Shown in pieces: positions 39,540 through 49,174 of a DNA stretch of 64,000 nt. Origin of the DNA: an uncultured delta proteobacterium (GTDB taxonomy: Bacteria; Myxococcota; UBA727; VGSZ01); NCBI GenBank assembly GCA_963775425.1, contig CAVZJB010000003.1:480001-544000 (forward strand), given 5' to 3'. The number at the start of each line of letters is the position of its first letter. The first letter of the stretch is position 1. The notes under the pieces are model-generated. The model was not told where the DNA came from. It did no database searches and saw only the letters and a list, made by a program, of their open reading frames with translations. The translations under genes were made by a program, and so were the position numbers.

Positions 39540-40228
39540 GCTGCCCTCGATGCGTCGCTGCCGTCGGCGGCGCGCTGTTGGCGAACGGAAACGGGGATGG
39601 CGGCGGCCGCGGCGGCGGCGGCGGCGGTGATGGCGTCGCGCAGGGGCTCGCGCGTGAGCGGCGCCGCCGTCGACGACGCGATGGTCCACTGCAGGAGGCC
39701 GCCTTCAATGATGGCGAGGATGGCCGCGGTGTGCGCGCGGAGCTGCTCGTCGTCGAGCTGCTCGAGCTCCGGGCGCTGGGCGAGCAGCGCGCGGCGGACC
39801 AGCGAGCGCGCGGCCTCCTGCACGTCGACGACGACGTCGCGGATGGTCGGGCGCGACGCGGCCTGCGCCCAGTAGTCGATCCACACGCGGAAGCGCCGCA
39901 GCGCGTCGGTTTCGTCGCCGAGGAAGTGCCAACGGGCGACGTCCGCGACCAGCCGCTGGCGGCGCTCGGGGTGGGCGGCGCAGGCGCGGATGCGCTGGTC
40001 GAGGCCTTCGGAGAGCTGCTCGAAGTAGCGCTCGCCGAGGCGGCGCATCAAGGACGCGGTGATCTCGTCCTTGGACGCGAAGAAGTAGTGCAGCGCGCCG
40101 CGCGCGATGCCCGCGGCCTCGGCGATCTCGGTGATGGACGTGGCGTGCAGGCCGCGGTCCGCGATCACCGCGTACATCGCGTCGAGGATCTGCGCCCGCC
40201 TCTCGTCCCGCACCACCGGCCTCGCCAT
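39536..40228 (-). CDS. TetR-family transcriptional regulator
   Basis: RRAQILDA...GLHATSITEIAEAAGIARGALHYFFASKDEI. Confidence 0.92.
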   Translation of the reverse strand: MARPVVRDERRAQILDAMYAVIADRGLHATSITEIAEAAGIARGALHYFFASKDEITASLMRRLGERYFEQLSEGLDQRIRACAAHPERRQRLVADVARWHFLGDETDALRRFRVWIDYWAQAASRPTIRDVVVDVQEAARSLVRRALLAQRPELEQLDDEQLRAHTAAILAIIEGGLLQWTIASSTAAPLTREPLRDAITAAAAAAAAAIPVSVRQQRAADGSDASRAA

Positions 40229-40271
40229 CGCGCGCCCCTCTTTGTGCTGTCCGTCTGCCGTCGGGCCTTGG

Positions 40272-40287
40272 TTGGACGGCCGTCCAA
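40272..40287. promoter_or_regulatory. Perfect 16-bp palindrome, candidate TetR operator
   Basis: TTGGACGGCCGTCCAA, 44 bp upstream of the TetR start in a divergent intergenic region. Confidence 0.65.
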
Positions 40288-40464
40288 GGTTGCAGGATTG
40301 CATCCGGACGCGCTCCCGCAGTCAATGGGTGTGCTCGGGTTTCTTGCGTCGGTCATCCGCCCGATGCGACATCTCCGGCGCCGCCGCCGTCGCGATCGCG
40401 CGCGTCCCTCCGGCGGGCGTGCGCGCCCGTTGACGCCCGGGGCGCCGTCGACGACACCGCCGCC

Positions 40465-42027
40465 ATGAGCGACGGCACCAACCAGGATCGGCAGCCCGCG
40501 GCCGCCTTCAAGCAGAAGCTCGACGCCGAGATCGACGTCATCAAGAAGGGCGGGGCGCCCAAGTACCACGAGGCCAACGCCAAGAAGGGGAAGCTGTTCG
40601 CCCGGGAGCGCATCGCCCTCCTCGTCGACCCTGGGTCGTTCGTCGAGGACGGCGTGTTCGCCAACTCGTTGGCCAAGGACCTCCCCGGCGACGGCGTCGT
40701 TACCGGCATCGCCCGCGTGCACGGCCGCGAGGTCGCCGTGATGGCCAACGACTCCACGGTGAAGGCGGGCTCCTGGGGCGCCCTCACCGTCGAGAAGATC
40801 GTGCGCATCCAGGAGACGGCGCTGCGCTACCGCATCCCCATCCTCTACCTCGTCGACAGCGCGGGCGCGCGCATCACCGACCAGATCGAGATGTTCCCGG
40901 GCCGGCGCCACGCGGGGCGCATCTTCCACAACGAGGTGAAGCTGTCGGGGACGGTGCCGCAGGTGTGCCTGCTGTTCGGGCCGTCGGCGGCGGGCGGCGC
41001 GTACATCCCGGCGTTTTGCGACGTGGTGTTCATGGTCGACAAGAACGCCTCGATGTACCTGGGCTCCGACCGCATGGTGGAGATGGTCATCGGCGAGAAG
41101 ATCACGCTCGAGGACCTCGGCGGCGCGCGCATGCACACCTCGGAGAGCGGCTGCGCGGACTTCCTGTGCAAGACGGAGGAGGAGGCCATCGCGAGCTGCC
41201 GCCGCTGGCTGAGCTACTTCCCGCAGCGCGCGGGCGAGAAGCCGCCGGTGGCCGGTGGGCGCGCGCCGCGGCACGGGCTGAGCGTCGACGACATCGTCCC
41301 GGACGACGAAAAGACCATCTTCGATGCGGTGGCGCTCGTGGAGGCCATCGTCGACGAAGGCAGCTTCTTCGAGGTGAAGAAGCGCTTCGCCAAGGAGCTC
41401 GTGGTCGGGCTCGCGCGCATCGACGGGCGCGTCGTCGGCGTGCTCGCCAACCAGCCCAAGCAAAAGGGCGGCGTCTTGTTCGTCGACAGCGCCGACAAGG
41501 CCGCGCGCTTCATCTGGATGTGCGACGCGTTCGAGATCCCGCTCATCTTCCTCGCCGACGTGCCCGGCTTCATGATCGGGTCCAAGGTGGAGAAGCAGGG
41601 GATCATCCGCCACGGCGCCAAGATGATCGCCGCGATGAGCGAGGCCACGGTGCCGCGCATCTGCGTCGTCGTGCGCAAGGCGTACGGCGCGGGGCTCTAC
41701 GCGATGAGCGGGCCGGCGTTCGAGCCCGACGTCACCCTGGCGCTGCCGCAGGCGTCGATCGCGGTGATGGGCGCGGAGGCCGCGGTGAACGCGGTGTACT
41801 TCAACAAGATCCAGGCGCTGCCGGAGGCGGAGCGGCCCGCGTACGTCGAAGAGCTGCGCGCCGCGTATCGCGAGGACATCGACCTGCACAAGCTCGCCGC
41901 GTCGCTCGTCGTCGACGCGGTGGTCCCCGGCAACGGCCTGCGGCAGGAGCTCATCCGCCGGCTCTCCTACATGGAGAGCAAGAGCGACGCGCGCCCGCCG
42001 AAGAAGCACTGCGTCTACCCGGTCTGA
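40465..42027 (+). CDS. Acyl-CoA carboxylase carboxyltransferase subunit (methylcrotonyl-/propionyl-CoA type)
   Basis: GKLFARERI, DGVVTG, LVDSAGARI, AGGAYIP, DVPGFMIG, RKAYGAG. Confidence 0.9.
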   Translation: MSDGTNQDRQPAAAFKQKLDAEIDVIKKGGAPKYHEANAKKGKLFARERIALLVDPGSFVEDGVFANSLAKDLPGDGVVTGIARVHGREVAVMANDSTVKAGSWGALTVEKIVRIQETALRYRIPILYLVDSAGARITDQIEMFPGRRHAGRIFHNEVKLSGTVPQVCLLFGPSAAGGAYIPAFCDVVFMVDKNASMYLGSDRMVEMVIGEKITLEDLGGARMHTSESGCADFLCKTEEEAIASCRRWLSYFPQRAGEKPPVAGGRAPRHGLSVDDIVPDDEKTIFDAVALVEAIVDEGSFFEVKKRFAKELVVGLARIDGRVVGVLANQPKQKGGVLFVDSADKAARFIWMCDAFEIPLIFLADVPGFMIGSKVEKQGIIRHGAKMIAAMSEATVPRICVVVRKAYGAGLYAMSGPAFEPDVTLALPQASIAVMGAEAAVNAVYFNKIQALPEAERPAYVEELRAAYREDIDLHKLAASLVVDAVVPGNGLRQELIRRLSYMESKSDARPPKKHCVYPV

Positions 42028-42065
42028 GCTCCGCGCGCGTCACGGGCGCGTGGCCACGCTCGGGC

Positions 42066-42641
42066 TCAGGCGGGCTTGCGGCGCCGGAGGCGCATGAGGA
42101 GGCCGGCGAGGAGGGCGAGCGCGATGACGCCGCCAGCGACGGCGACGGTGAGGGTGACGGCGGCGGTGCGGGTCATGGGAGCCCGCGGCGTCCTTGCGAT
42201 GAGGCCGCGGGTGAGGCCGACGAGGCCGGCCTGGAGATCGCCGGCGGCGAAGCGCTGGGTGGCGTCGGACGTCAGGTCGGCGAGGCCGCGGTCGCCGACC
42301 ATGTCTTGCAGCGCGTCGTCGACCTCGACCCGCATGCGCCGCTCGTGCACCGCGAGCACCACGAGCACGTGGGGCGATCCCGCGGCCCAGCCGGAGCGGA
42401 AGGCGCGCGACGCCCGGTCCATCGCGTCGACGAGGGTGCCGCCGCCGAGCTCTGGCAGTGTGAGCACGCCGACGGCGACGCCGCTTTGCGCGCGGTGCGC
42501 TTCGAGCTCCTCTTCGAGCGCGCCCGCGGTCTCGTCATCGAGGACGCCCGCGTCGTCGACGAGCGCGCGCGGCATCTCGAGCGCGGGGGCGCGCTCGGCG
42601 GGCGGCGCGTCGACCGCGAGGAGGAGGACGAGGACGATCAC
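42066..42641 (-). CDS. TPM-domain membrane protein
   Basis: LVDDAGVL...LEEEL...VLVVLAVHERRMRVEV, C-terminal TM; GTG overlaps upstream stop. Confidence 0.7.
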   Translation of the reverse strand: MIVLVLLLAVDAPPAERAPALEMPRALVDDAGVLDDETAGALEEELEAHRAQSGVAVGVLTLPELGGGTLVDAMDRASRAFRSGWAAGSPHVLVVLAVHERRMRVEVDDALQDMVGDRGLADLTSDATQRFAAGDLQAGLVGLTRGLIARTPRAPMTRTAAVTLTVAVAGGVIALALLAGLLMRLRRRKPA

Positions 42642-43660
42642 CCGGGCGGATCCAGTCGAGCCCCGGGGGCCCCCACGCGCAGGCGCACCACCAGGAACCC
42701 CGCGCCCTCGAGGGCGTCCTCGAGCGCAGCCCGTCGATCTCCCGGCACGAAGCAGACGGCGACGTCGCCGCCGCCGGCGCCGCTCGGCTTGGCCGCGCCG
42801 CCCGCCGCGCGCGCGAGCTCGGCGATGGCCCGGTGCTCTCGCGTGACGACGTCCTTGCCCGCGGCGTCGCCGAGGGCGGCCATCGCTTCGCGCGCGTCGT
42901 CGACGGCGCCGACGACGTCGCCGGCGAGGAAGCGCGTGGTGGTGGCGGCGATGCGCGCGCGGTGCCGCGCGCGGTCGGGCAGGGCGCGGTAGGCGTCGAC
43001 GAAGCCCTGCGTCTGCGCGGGGATCCCCGTGTACGCGACCACGACGTCGAGGCCCTCGGGCAGCGGCGGCGCCGGCCGCGCGCGCCCCTCGCGGAACACC
43101 ACGACGCCGCCGTACGTCGACGCGGCGACGTCGATGCCGGAGCCGCCACCCTGAAACGCGCGGTGCGCGGCGCGGGCGATCTCGTGGACGGCGTCGATGC
43201 CCGCGGCGCCCGCGAAGGCGTAGGCGAGCGCGGTGGCGGCGGCGGCGCTCGAGCCGAGGCCGAGCTTGGGCGGCGGCTCCCCCGCCCGCGCCGGCTCCGC
43301 CGAGAACGACGACGTCGACACCGCGACGTGGGCGCGCTCCGCGGGGAAGCCGCGCCGGGTGATCTCGGCGAGGACGGCGACGAGCAGCGGGGCGTGCTCC
43401 GGATCCGCGCCCCCGGCGAGCGCGCGGGAGAGGAGGGCGCCCGTGACGGTGACCCAGCGCGGGTCGTTGCCGCGCACCCGCAGGTCCTCGGCGGGCTCGA
43501 CGGTGCAGAGCGCGCGGCGGTCGACGGCGGCGACGACGGCCTCCTCTCCGTCGACGACGGCGTACTCGCCGCACAGGACCAGCTTGCCCGGCGCCGAGAA
43601 CCGTCGCGGCGCGCCCTCGACGGCCACGCCCTCTCCCGCCGGCCGGTCATCGCCGATCAC
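42638..43660 (-). CDS. Phosphomevalonate kinase (GHMP)
   Basis: SAPGKLVLCGEYAVV, KLGLGSSAA, AHRAFQGGGSGIDVAAS.YGG, KPSGAGGGD. Confidence 0.85.
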   Translation of the reverse strand: MIGDDRPAGEGVAVEGAPRRFSAPGKLVLCGEYAVVDGEEAVVAAVDRRALCTVEPAEDLRVRGNDPRWVTVTGALLSRALAGGADPEHAPLLVAVLAEITRRGFPAERAHVAVSTSSFSAEPARAGEPPPKLGLGSSAAAATALAYAFAGAAGIDAVHEIARAAHRAFQGGGSGIDVAASTYGGVVVFREGRARPAPPLPEGLDVVVAYTGIPAQTQGFVDAYRALPDRARHRARIAATTTRFLAGDVVGAVDDAREAMAALGDAAGKDVVTREHRAIAELARAAGGAAKPSGAGGGDVAVCFVPGDRRAALEDALEGAGFLVVRLRVGAPGARLDPPG

Positions 43661-44646
43661 GGCGGGAGGATCCGCGCGGCGGGGCCGGGCGCGCACACGT
43701 CGACGCCGACCACGCCGTCGACGGCGCGCAGGCGCTCTGCGACGGCGGTCGCGTCCCCGACGGCGCACAGCGCCTTCACGTGCGGCCCGGCGTCCATGGT
43801 GGCCCAGGCGCCCGTGCCCGCGCGCCGCAGCGCGCGCACCTCGTCGAGCACGGCGAGCGACGTGCCGTTCAGGTAGAGGATCCACGGATCGGCCGCGAGC
43901 GCGCTCGCGTGCATCTTCATGGTGTTCCGCTCCATTGCGGCGCCCAGCCGCTCGAGGTCGGCGGCGCCGACGGCGGCGCGCCCCTCCTCGAGGTCGGCCG
44001 GGTGGGTCGCGACCCACGCGGCGTAGTACGGCGACGTGGCCGCCGTGGTCTCCATGCCCTTGGTGCTCTCGGTGTGCTTGCGGCCGACGGCGCAGCGCAC
44101 GACGACGAGGCGCACGCCGTCCTCGAGCGGCGAGGGCAGGGGCTCAGCGAAGCAGTCGGCGCCGTCGTCGCGCTCGCCCTTGTGCAGGAGCGCGAAGCCG
44201 CCGAGCACGCTGCGCGCCGCCGAGCCGGAGCCGCGCCGGGCGAGCTGCGTGAGGGCGCGGGCGTCGAGCGGGGCGCCGGCGGCGTCGAAGGAGGCGACGC
44301 CGTAGGCTTCGGCGGCGGCCAACGTCAGCGCCGCGAAGCCGCTCGCCGACGACGCGAGGCCGGCGGCGGTGGGGACGTCGTTTCTCGAGGTCACGAGGGC
44401 GCGGGCCCGGGCGCGGCCGGCGACGACGTCGAGGAAGCGCGCGACCTTGGAGGTCTCCTGTTCCGAGGCGTCCTTCCCGTCGAGCACGAAGCGGTCGGCG
44501 GCGACGCCGACCTCGACGCGGGTCTCGCTCTTGAAACGATCGAGGGTGAGCGAGAGCGAGCCCACGGCGGGGAGGTTGAGCGCGGCGTCGCGCTTGCCCC
44601 AGTATTTGACCAGGGCGATGTTGGTGTGCGCGACCGCGGTGCTCAT
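43657..44646 (-). CDS. mvaD: Diphosphomevalonate decarboxylase
   Basis: NIALVKYWGKRD, PTAAGLASSASGFAAL, RRGSGSA.RS, TMDAGPHVK. Confidence 0.93.
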   Translation of the reverse strand: MSTAVAHTNIALVKYWGKRDAALNLPAVGSLSLTLDRFKSETRVEVGVAADRFVLDGKDASEQETSKVARFLDVVAGRARARALVTSRNDVPTAAGLASSASGFAALTLAAAEAYGVASFDAAGAPLDARALTQLARRGSGSAARSVLGGFALLHKGERDDGADCFAEPLPSPLEDGVRLVVVRCAVGRKHTESTKGMETTAATSPYYAAWVATHPADLEEGRAAVGAADLERLGAAMERNTMKMHASALAADPWILYLNGTSLAVLDEVRALRRAGTGAWATMDAGPHVKALCAVGDATAVAERLRAVDGVVGVDVCAPGPAARILPP

Positions 44647-44742
44647 CGCCGCAGTCCGTAGCATCGTCACGCCCGGTCCGAAGGGGGGCGCTGCACCGGC
44701 AACGCGTTGCGCCAAGCGCGGCGAACGCGTAACCATGTGAGG

Positions 44743-45288
44743 ATGCCCGTTCGCCCGGCTCCGGCCGACGACAAGGCGCTCGAGCGCGCCACCGACATCT
44801 CCATCGAGACCATGGGGCGCATGGCGGAATTCTGGGGGTTCACCCGCACGCAGGGCCGCGTCTTCTGCATGCTGTTCCTCTCCCCCAAGGCCCTCACGCA
44901 GGCGGAGCTGGCCCAGACCCTCGACGTCAGCGCCGCCAACGTCTCCATGAGCCTGAACGGCCTTTTGCGCTGGGGCGCCATCCGCAAGGTCTACGAGAAG
45001 GGCTCGCGCAAGGTCCGTTACGAGGCCGAGCCCGAGCTGCGGAAGATCATCCGCAGCGTCCTCGGCGGCCGCGAGCAGCAAGAGCTCGACGAGGCCGTGG
45101 AGAGCTTCAGTGAGGCGGTCGACGTCGTGCGCCGGGAGCGCTCGCGCCGCCAGCTCACACCCGAGGAGGAATTCGTGCGCGAGCGCATCCAGCACCTGCA
45201 GAGCGTGGTGCGCACGTCGAACCGGATCCTCGCGCTGCTGCTCGGTGACGGGCGCGTCGACGTGAAGCGCGAGCTGGGCGAGCGGTGA
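44743..45288 (+). CDS. GbsR/MarR-family transcriptional regulator
   Basis: MGRMAEFWGFTRTQGRVF.MLFLS...SAANVSMSL..L.RWG. Confidence 0.85.
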   Translation: MPVRPAPADDKALERATDISIETMGRMAEFWGFTRTQGRVFCMLFLSPKALTQAELAQTLDVSAANVSMSLNGLLRWGAIRKVYEKGSRKVRYEAEPELRKIIRSVLGGREQQELDEAVESFSEAVDVVRRERSRRQLTPEEEFVRERIQHLQSVVRTSNRILALLLGDGRVDVKRELGER

Positions 45289-45462
45289 GCTGAAACGACG
45301 CCGTCGCCTGCGGGGCGGCCTTTGAAAGTCGCCGGCTCCGCTCATGGGCGGATATCTGCGCCGAACGTGCGCGTGTCACCCACAGCGGCGGCGGGCGCAT
45401 CCTGGCGCGGGGAGGCGCGGATCCGGGAGGCGGCCGGCGGGAACGCGGGGTATGGTTTCAGA

Positions 45463-45484
45463 GTTTTCAGTAAGTACTGAAAAC
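45463..45484. promoter_or_regulatory. AT-rich inverted repeat, candidate operator upstream of HMG-CoA reductase
   Basis: GTTTTCAGTA-AG-TACTGAAAAC, perfect 10-bp arms, 18 nt before ATG 45503. Confidence 0.7.
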
Positions 45485-45502
45485 GGTAAAGCACGACACC
45501 CT

Positions 45503-46774
45503 ATGGCCGCCAGCCCTCTCGCCGCCGCCGCCGCTCCCACGGGAACCCCCCCCGGCGGACACAACGCGGCGTCGCGGCTGCCGGGCTTCTACAAGCTCTC
45601 GCTCGCCGACCGCCGCGCGGTGCTCGTGCAGCGCTTCGCCTTCGACGACGACGACCTCGCGGCGCTCGACGCGGCCGGCGGCCTGCAGACCGACGGTGCG
45701 GACCGCATGGTGGAAAACGCCGTCGGCGTCTTCGGGCTGCCGCTCGGGCTCGCGCTCAACTTCGTCATCGACGGCGAGGCCGTGATCGTCCCCATGGCCG
45801 TCGAGGAGCCGAGCGTCGTCGCCGCGTGCAGCTACGTCGCGCGCCTCGCCGGCGACGGCGGCGGCTTCACCACCTCCGCGGATCCCCCGTGGCTCGTCGG
45901 CCAGGTGCAGATCCTCGACGCCGACGTGCGCGGCGCCCTCGGCCGCCTGCGGGATCGCCAGGCCGAGCTCATCGACCTCGCCAACGCCCTGTGCCCCGGC
46001 CTCGTCTCCCGCGGCGGCGGCTGTGTCGACGTCCGCGCGCACGTGCTGCCGCAGCTCGAGCACGGGCCCCACGCCGACCTCGACGGCGGCGGCGACATGC
46101 TCGCCGTCCACGTCGTGCTCCACACGTGCGACGCCATGGGCGCCAACGCCGTCAACACCGTCGTCGAAGGGCTGGCGCCGCGGCTCGAGGAGGTCACCGG
46201 CGGCCGCGCGCGGCTGCGCATCCTCACCAACCTCGCCGACGAGCGCAAAGCCCGCGCGAGCATGCGCATCCCCTACGCGTCGCTCGCGCACGGATCGCAG
46301 GGGGGCCGTGACGTCGCCATGGGGGTCGTCGAGGCCTATCGCTTCGCCGCCCGCGACCCTTACCGCGCCTGCACACACAACAAGGGCATCATGAACGGCA
46401 TCGACGCCGTCGCCGTCGCCACCGGCAACGACTGGCGCGCGCTCGAGGCGGGGGCGCACGCGTACGCCGCGCGCAGCGGCCGCTACACGTCGCTGTCGCG
46501 CTTCTCCCTCGACGACGGCGGCGCGTGCCTCGTCGGCCAGCTCGAATTGCCCATGGCGGTCGGCGTCGTCGGGGGCTCCACGCGCGCGCACCCCACGGTG
46601 GTGGCGTGCAAGAAGCTGCTCGGGCCGTTTTCGTCGTCGGTGGACCGGCTCGCGGGCCTGTTCGCCGCCGTCGGCCTGGCGCAGAACACCGCCGCGCTCA
46701 AGGCGCTCGCCACCGAGGGCATCCAGCGTGGGCACATGCGGCTGCACGCGCGCAAGGGCGAGGTGTCGTCGTGA
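45503..46774 (+). CDS. mvaA: Class II HMG-CoA reductase
   Basis: SRLPGFYKL, ENAVG, PMAVEEPSVVAA, DAMGAN, HNKGIMNG, GNDWRA, GIQRGHMRLHAR. Confidence 0.93.
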   Translation: MAASPLAAAAAPTGTPPGGHNAASRLPGFYKLSLADRRAVLVQRFAFDDDDLAALDAAGGLQTDGADRMVENAVGVFGLPLGLALNFVIDGEAVIVPMAVEEPSVVAACSYVARLAGDGGGFTTSADPPWLVGQVQILDADVRGALGRLRDRQAELIDLANALCPGLVSRGGGCVDVRAHVLPQLEHGPHADLDGGGDMLAVHVVLHTCDAMGANAVNTVVEGLAPRLEEVTGGRARLRILTNLADERKARASMRIPYASLAHGSQGGRDVAMGVVEAYRFAARDPYRACTHNKGIMNGIDAVAVATGNDWRALEAGAHAYAARSGRYTSLSRFSLDDGGACLVGQLELPMAVGVVGGSTRAHPTVVACKKLLGPFSSSVDRLAGLFAAVGLAQNTAALKALATEGIQRGHMRLHARKGEVSS

Positions 46775-47769
46775 GCGTCGACGCCGTCTTCGGGTACGCG
46801 CCCGGGAAGCTGATCCTCTTCGGCGAGCACGCGGTGGTGTACGGCCAGCCCGCCATCGCCGCCACCATCGACCGCGGCATCCGCGTCGCCGTGACGGCGT
46901 CGACGGAGCGAGGGCCGATCTTGAAGAGCCACGGCAGCGGCCTCCTCCCCGGCCGCGCGCGCCCCGATCCCGACGGCGAGGGGCCCGAACGGCTGCGGCA
47001 GGCGCTGTCGGCGCTCGTGGACCTGTGCGGCGAGCGCACGCGCTCGTTGCTGTTCTCCGTCGACGGCGCCATCCCCGCCGGCGCGGGCCTCGGGTCGTCG
47101 GCGGCGCTCGCCGTCGCGATGATTCGCGGGGTGCATCGCTTCTTCGACGACCCGCCGCTGTCGAACGAGGCGCTGGTCGAGCGCGCGTTCGCGCTCGAGC
47201 GGGTCTTCCATGGAAACCCGTCCGGCGTGGACCACACCGTCATCGCCCGTGGCGGCTGCCTGCTGTACACGCGCGACGCCGGCGGCACCGACGACGCCGC
47301 GGGCGCCGGCGCCACGGCCGAACCCGTGAAGCTCCCGCGCCGCCTGCGCCTCGCCGTGGGCGTCGCCGGCTCGCACGCGGGCACCGCCCACGCCGTCTCG
47401 TCCTTGAAGGAGCGCGCCCGGCGTCACCCGGCGCACTACCAGCGGATCTACGAGAGCATCGGCATGCTCGCGCGAGCGGCGCGCGACCACCTCGAGGCGG
47501 GTGAGCTCGGCGCCGTGGGAGAGCTGATGGACCTGAACCAGGGCTTGTTGAACGCGCTCGGCGTGTCGACGCCCGGCATCGAGGCCCTCTGCGCCATCGC
47601 CCGCGAGCGCGGCGCCCTCGGCGCCAAGCTCTCCGGCGCGGGGGGCGGCGGCGCCGTCATTGCGCTCGTCGACGACGACCCCGCGCCCATCGTCCGCGCC
47701 TTCGAGGCCGCCGGCTACCAGGCCTTCGCCACCGAGATCGATCACAGCACGTCCGAGGAGAACCGATGA
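46771..47769 (+). CDS. mvk: Mevalonate kinase
   Basis: APGKLILFGEHAVVYG, IPAGAGLGSSAA, E..FHGNPSGVD, AKLSGAGGGG. Confidence 0.93.
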   Translation: MSVDAVFGYAPGKLILFGEHAVVYGQPAIAATIDRGIRVAVTASTERGPILKSHGSGLLPGRARPDPDGEGPERLRQALSALVDLCGERTRSLLFSVDGAIPAGAGLGSSAALAVAMIRGVHRFFDDPPLSNEALVERAFALERVFHGNPSGVDHTVIARGGCLLYTRDAGGTDDAAGAGATAEPVKLPRRLRLAVGVAGSHAGTAHAVSSLKERARRHPAHYQRIYESIGMLARAARDHLEAGELGAVGELMDLNQGLLNALGVSTPGIEALCAIARERGALGAKLSGAGGGGAVIALVDDDPAPIVRAFEAAGYQAFATEIDHSTSEENR

Positions 47770-48194
47770 GCTCCGTCGCATCCATCACCGAAGCCCGCGC
47801 CCTGGCGCTCCTCGGCGACAAGCCCTGCATGACACTCGTGGATCCGAACGACCCCGACGTCTGCCTCTCCGTCCGCCTCGTGCGCGAGGGCTCCGTGTGG
47901 CTCGGCCTCGTGGATGACCGCGCGGCGCTGCTCGACCGCGTTCGCATGGGCCTCGAGCCGCGCTTCGTCGTGCACCCCGACGCGTCGACGTCGACGGTCA
48001 GCGGGGAGCTGGCGGTGCACGTGCTCGGCCGCGCCGACGCCTTCAGCGCCGCGCAGCCCGCGCGGGCCACCGCGGTCGCCGGCCTCGAGCCCTTCGGCTT
48101 CGGCGGCGCCGTCGTCATCGAGGTGGCGCCGCGCGCGCTCGTGCTCGAGCCGGTCGAGGCCTCATCGGTCACGGGCGCCGTGCCCCGCACGTGA
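47766..48194 (+). CDS. Hypothetical protein
   Basis: ATGA overlap with mvk, high GC3. Confidence 0.55.
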   Translation: MSSVASITEARALALLGDKPCMTLVDPNDPDVCLSVRLVREGSVWLGLVDDRAALLDRVRMGLEPRFVVHPDASTSTVSGELAVHVLGRADAFSAAQPARATAVAGLEPFGFGGAVVIEVAPRALVLEPVEASSVTGAVPRT

Positions 48195-48266
48195 CTCCTC
48201 GGACGGCTTCGTCGCCGCCGGACGGCGCGCTTTCCCGCGGCTGGATCTGTGGCACACTCCGCCCCG

Positions 48267-48671
48267 ATGACGCCGCGCGCGCTCCTGCTCTGCCTCGGCA
48301 CCGCCTTCGTGGCGCTCGGCGCCAACTGCGACGGCGTCAGCACGTGTGAGTGCTTCCCGTGCACGTCGGCCATCGATCTGCAGGTGTTCGACTCGCAGGG
48401 CAACGCGCTCGGTGACGCCTGGACCGCCGAGGCCACCGTGGACGGCGTCGCCGTCGAGGACATCGTCAACTGCGATCCCTCCGCGCGCTTCGGCAACGAC
48501 TGCAGCTTCGGGCAGGTCACCGGCCTGTACCGCATCACCGTCCGCTCGCCGGGCTTCCAGACCAAGCAGATCGCCGCGCGGTTCGCGGCCAAGACCGGCG
48601 AGGACTGCTGCCGCTGCCTGCAGGCCACCACGGTGCACGCGGTCCTGCTCGAGGAAGGGCAGGGCCAATGA
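48267..48671 (+). CDS. Small Cys-rich secreted protein/lipoprotein with carboxypeptidase-regulatory-like beta domain
   Basis: Leader ending LGANC; G.Y.ITVRSPGF. Confidence 0.6.
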   Translation: MTPRALLLCLGTAFVALGANCDGVSTCECFPCTSAIDLQVFDSQGNALGDAWTAEATVDGVAVEDIVNCDPSARFGNDCSFGQVTGLYRITVRSPGFQTKQIAARFAAKTGEDCCRCLQATTVHAVLLEEGQGQ

Positions 48672-49174
48672 GCGGCCTTGTGTGTCCGAGCTGCGGAAGC
48701 AGCTACCGCGCCGGCTTCACCCGCTGCGCCCACTGCGACGTCGACCTCGTCGACAAAGCGCAGATCGAGGACGTGAAGGCGAAGATCGACTCCCCGCGCC
48801 TCGCGCTCGCCGACGTGCCCAAGGTGCCGGTGTTGCACGCGGGCATCGCCGCGTGCCGCGAGATCGAGCGGGCGCTCCTGGACGCGGGGATCCCCTGCTA
48901 CGTCGAGGCCGAGTCCGAGGACGCCGACGTGCTCGGGGCCGCCGGCGCCATGAAGGTGGGCGTGATCGTCGCGGAGGCCGACCTGCCGCGCGTGGGCGAG
49001 CTGTTGAAGCAGCGCTTCGAGGAGCTCGTCGAGCAGGAGGGCGTGGGCTCGTTCAACACCGAGGCCATCGACCTGACCGCCGAAGAGGTGCAGTGCCCGG
49101 CCTGCGGCCACACCGGCGCCCTCGTCGACGGCGCCTGCGGCGACTGCGGACTTTTTCTGGGAGCACCCGAGTGA
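48668..49174 (+). CDS. Double zinc-ribbon protein
   Basis: CPSC..Y..GFTRCAHC.V.LV at N-terminus; CPAC...CGDCG at C-terminus. Confidence 0.75.
   Translation: MSGLVCPSCGSSYRAGFTRCAHCDVDLVDKAQIEDVKAKIDSPRLALADVPKVPVLHAGIAACREIERALLDAGIPCYVEAESEDADVLGAAGAMKVGVIVAEADLPRVGELLKQRFEELVEQEGVGSFNTEAIDLTAEEVQCPACGHTGALVDGACGDCGLFLGAPE

Noticed and set aside
45344-45502. Longer N-terminus of HMG-CoA reductase
   Set aside because: Contains the AT-rich operator palindrome; homology begins after ATG 45503
48250-48266. TGGCAC as another sigma-54 box
   Set aside because: No GC or GGA at -12 and no upstream motif
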